From positions 1,600,001-1,664,000 of the forward strand of contig CBDBKE010000004.1 in NCBI GenBank assembly GCA_965206645.1: 64,000 nucleotides of DNA, read 5' to 3'. The stretch comes from Terriglobia bacterium (GTDB lineage Bacteria > Acidobacteriota > Terriglobia > JAJPHL01 > JAPKYU01). The position numbers were made by a program, and so were the translations under genes. Numbering within the stretch: position 1 is the stretch's first letter; the number at the start of each line of letters is the position of its first letter. This document shows positions 62,996-64,000 of this stretch, in pieces. The notes under the pieces are model-generated. The model was not told where the DNA came from. It ran no database searches and saw only the letters and a list, made by a program, of their open reading frames with translations.

Positions 62996-63250
62996 GTAGA
63001 ATTTAGTTGCCGTGCTTGATCGGCGCTCACAGTCATCTCCATTCCGGCAGATAATCCAAAAGCAGTGACGTTTCCGAGCATGGTGGGCCTCCTGCCACTT
63101 TGTGGATATCATCGGTACGTTCCTGATCTTTACAATCAGATCGCACACTGTAAATCCAGCTTCTTCAGCCATTCTCATGTAGTCGCAGTGCGGCCATCTC
63201 GACTTATGGTTGTTCACCATATCTGTAATCTTTGCGATCAGAATACTCTC
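62996..63250 (-). pseudogene. DNA-methyltransferase-like C-terminal remnant
   Basis: ILIAKITDMVNNH...GFTVCDLIVK...HHARKRHCFWIICR resembles the C-terminal half of adenine methylases; catalytic motifs are not visible. Confidence 0.45.
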
Positions 63251-63437
63251 TCGTTTTAGCCAGGATTTCCTTTATGACCTTTCTGGCAGAGATAAAGCAT
63301 GGCCGCAATGCAACGGTTTCGCACTACTGCCCCGTTCGGTACTCCTTTCGCTGCCGCTGCGGTGCCCGTGTCTGGGCGCTCCTGAAGAGCATTGAGGAGG
63401 CGGAGGCTGCGTCCTGCCGCACGGTAGGAGGGGGCCG

Positions 63438-63843
63438 CTAGGCCTCGCCGGGCCGGGCCATGCGGTAGCCGACGCCGCGCTCGTTGAATATCCAGGCCGG
63501 CCGGGCGCCGTCGTCGCCGAGCTTGTTGCGCAACCGCTTGACGTAGGCGCGCACGATCTTGGGGTTGGCGTTGACGCGTCCGGCCCAGACCTGGCGCAGC
63601 AGGGCCTGGTGAGTCAGGACCCGTCCGGCGCCCTGCGCGAGCACGCGCAGCAACTCGTACTCGGTCGCCGCCAGCGTCACCGGGCGACCGGCCACGCTGA
63701 CCCGGCGCCGGTCGTAGTCGATGGCGAGATCGCCGAGTACGAAGGGGGCCTGGTTGGACCGCCGGCGCAGGGCCGCCCGGATGCGCGCGGTGAGCTCGGT
63801 CGGCGAGAAGGGCTTGACGACATAGTCGTCGGCGCCGGCCTCC
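63438..63843 (-). pseudogene. OmpR/KdpE-family response regulator, C-terminal part, truncated by IS3
   Basis: GADDYVVKPFSPTELTARIRA...LAATEYELL...VKRLRNKLGD...GVGYR. Confidence 0.85.
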
Positions 63844-64000
63844 TGACCTGCCCCCGGTTATTGGTCCACCTTCCATGGTAGTCCATACGCCGTTGCAGCC
63901 GGGTGGAGCGGAGCGGAACCCGGCGGTAACGGCAGGATCACTTCCGGGGCTGGCGGCCGGTAGCCCAACGCGCTGTGCGGGCGAACTCTGTTATACTCCC
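63844..64000 (-). mobile_element. IS3-family right end (partial, runs off the window)
   Basis: EYNRVRPHSALGYRPPAPE followed by a TGGACCA...GGTCA end. Confidence 0.85.

Larger units (their letters stand above)
61622..63300 (-). mobile_element. Outer IS1595-like TIR element (one TIR, small ORF, methylase-like remnant); distal end lost
   Basis: TIR GGGGACTATAGACAATAGTCACATT is 20/25 identical to the inner TIR; small ORF 61660-62995 is split by the inner cassette; distal boundary approximate. Confidence 0.7.

Overview
GC-rich bacterial window, probably Acidobacteria (inferred from a TIGR03437-type secreted protein, the nuo-atpZ/I/B/E linkage and a secretin with a C-terminal cohesin-like domain). 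It has three blocks. (1) About 240-14286: a decayed island at tRNA-Asn with a DUF2924/serine-recombinase module, IS3, IS6, IS1380 and IS1182 elements and a glutamate dehydrogenase as cargo. (2) About 14300-37843: core genes (nuoCDHJKLMN, atpZ/I/B/E, PLP decarboxylase, nth, Cld/HemQ-family protein, rdgB, rph, T2SS-like pseudopilins and secretin, smpB, pepA, USP, tRNA-Pro). (3) 37844 to the end: an integrative conjugative element at tRNA-Pro with an integrase, an excisionase, a VirB-type T4SS, a coupling protein and ArdC but no HUH relaxase, followed by IS-riddled cargo. The main highlights are two nested IS1595-like TIR cassettes that share a cargo + conserved small 'YQPSKA' ORF layout; a PD-(D/E)XK relaxase candidate with a structured oriT candidate; a 60-bp inverted IS1182 fragment at the IS1182 target palindrome of a sister IS3 copy; and a 23-bp tandem repeat that forms a chain of ATGA-coupled mini-ORFs. 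All family calls come from motif recognition; no database searches were run.
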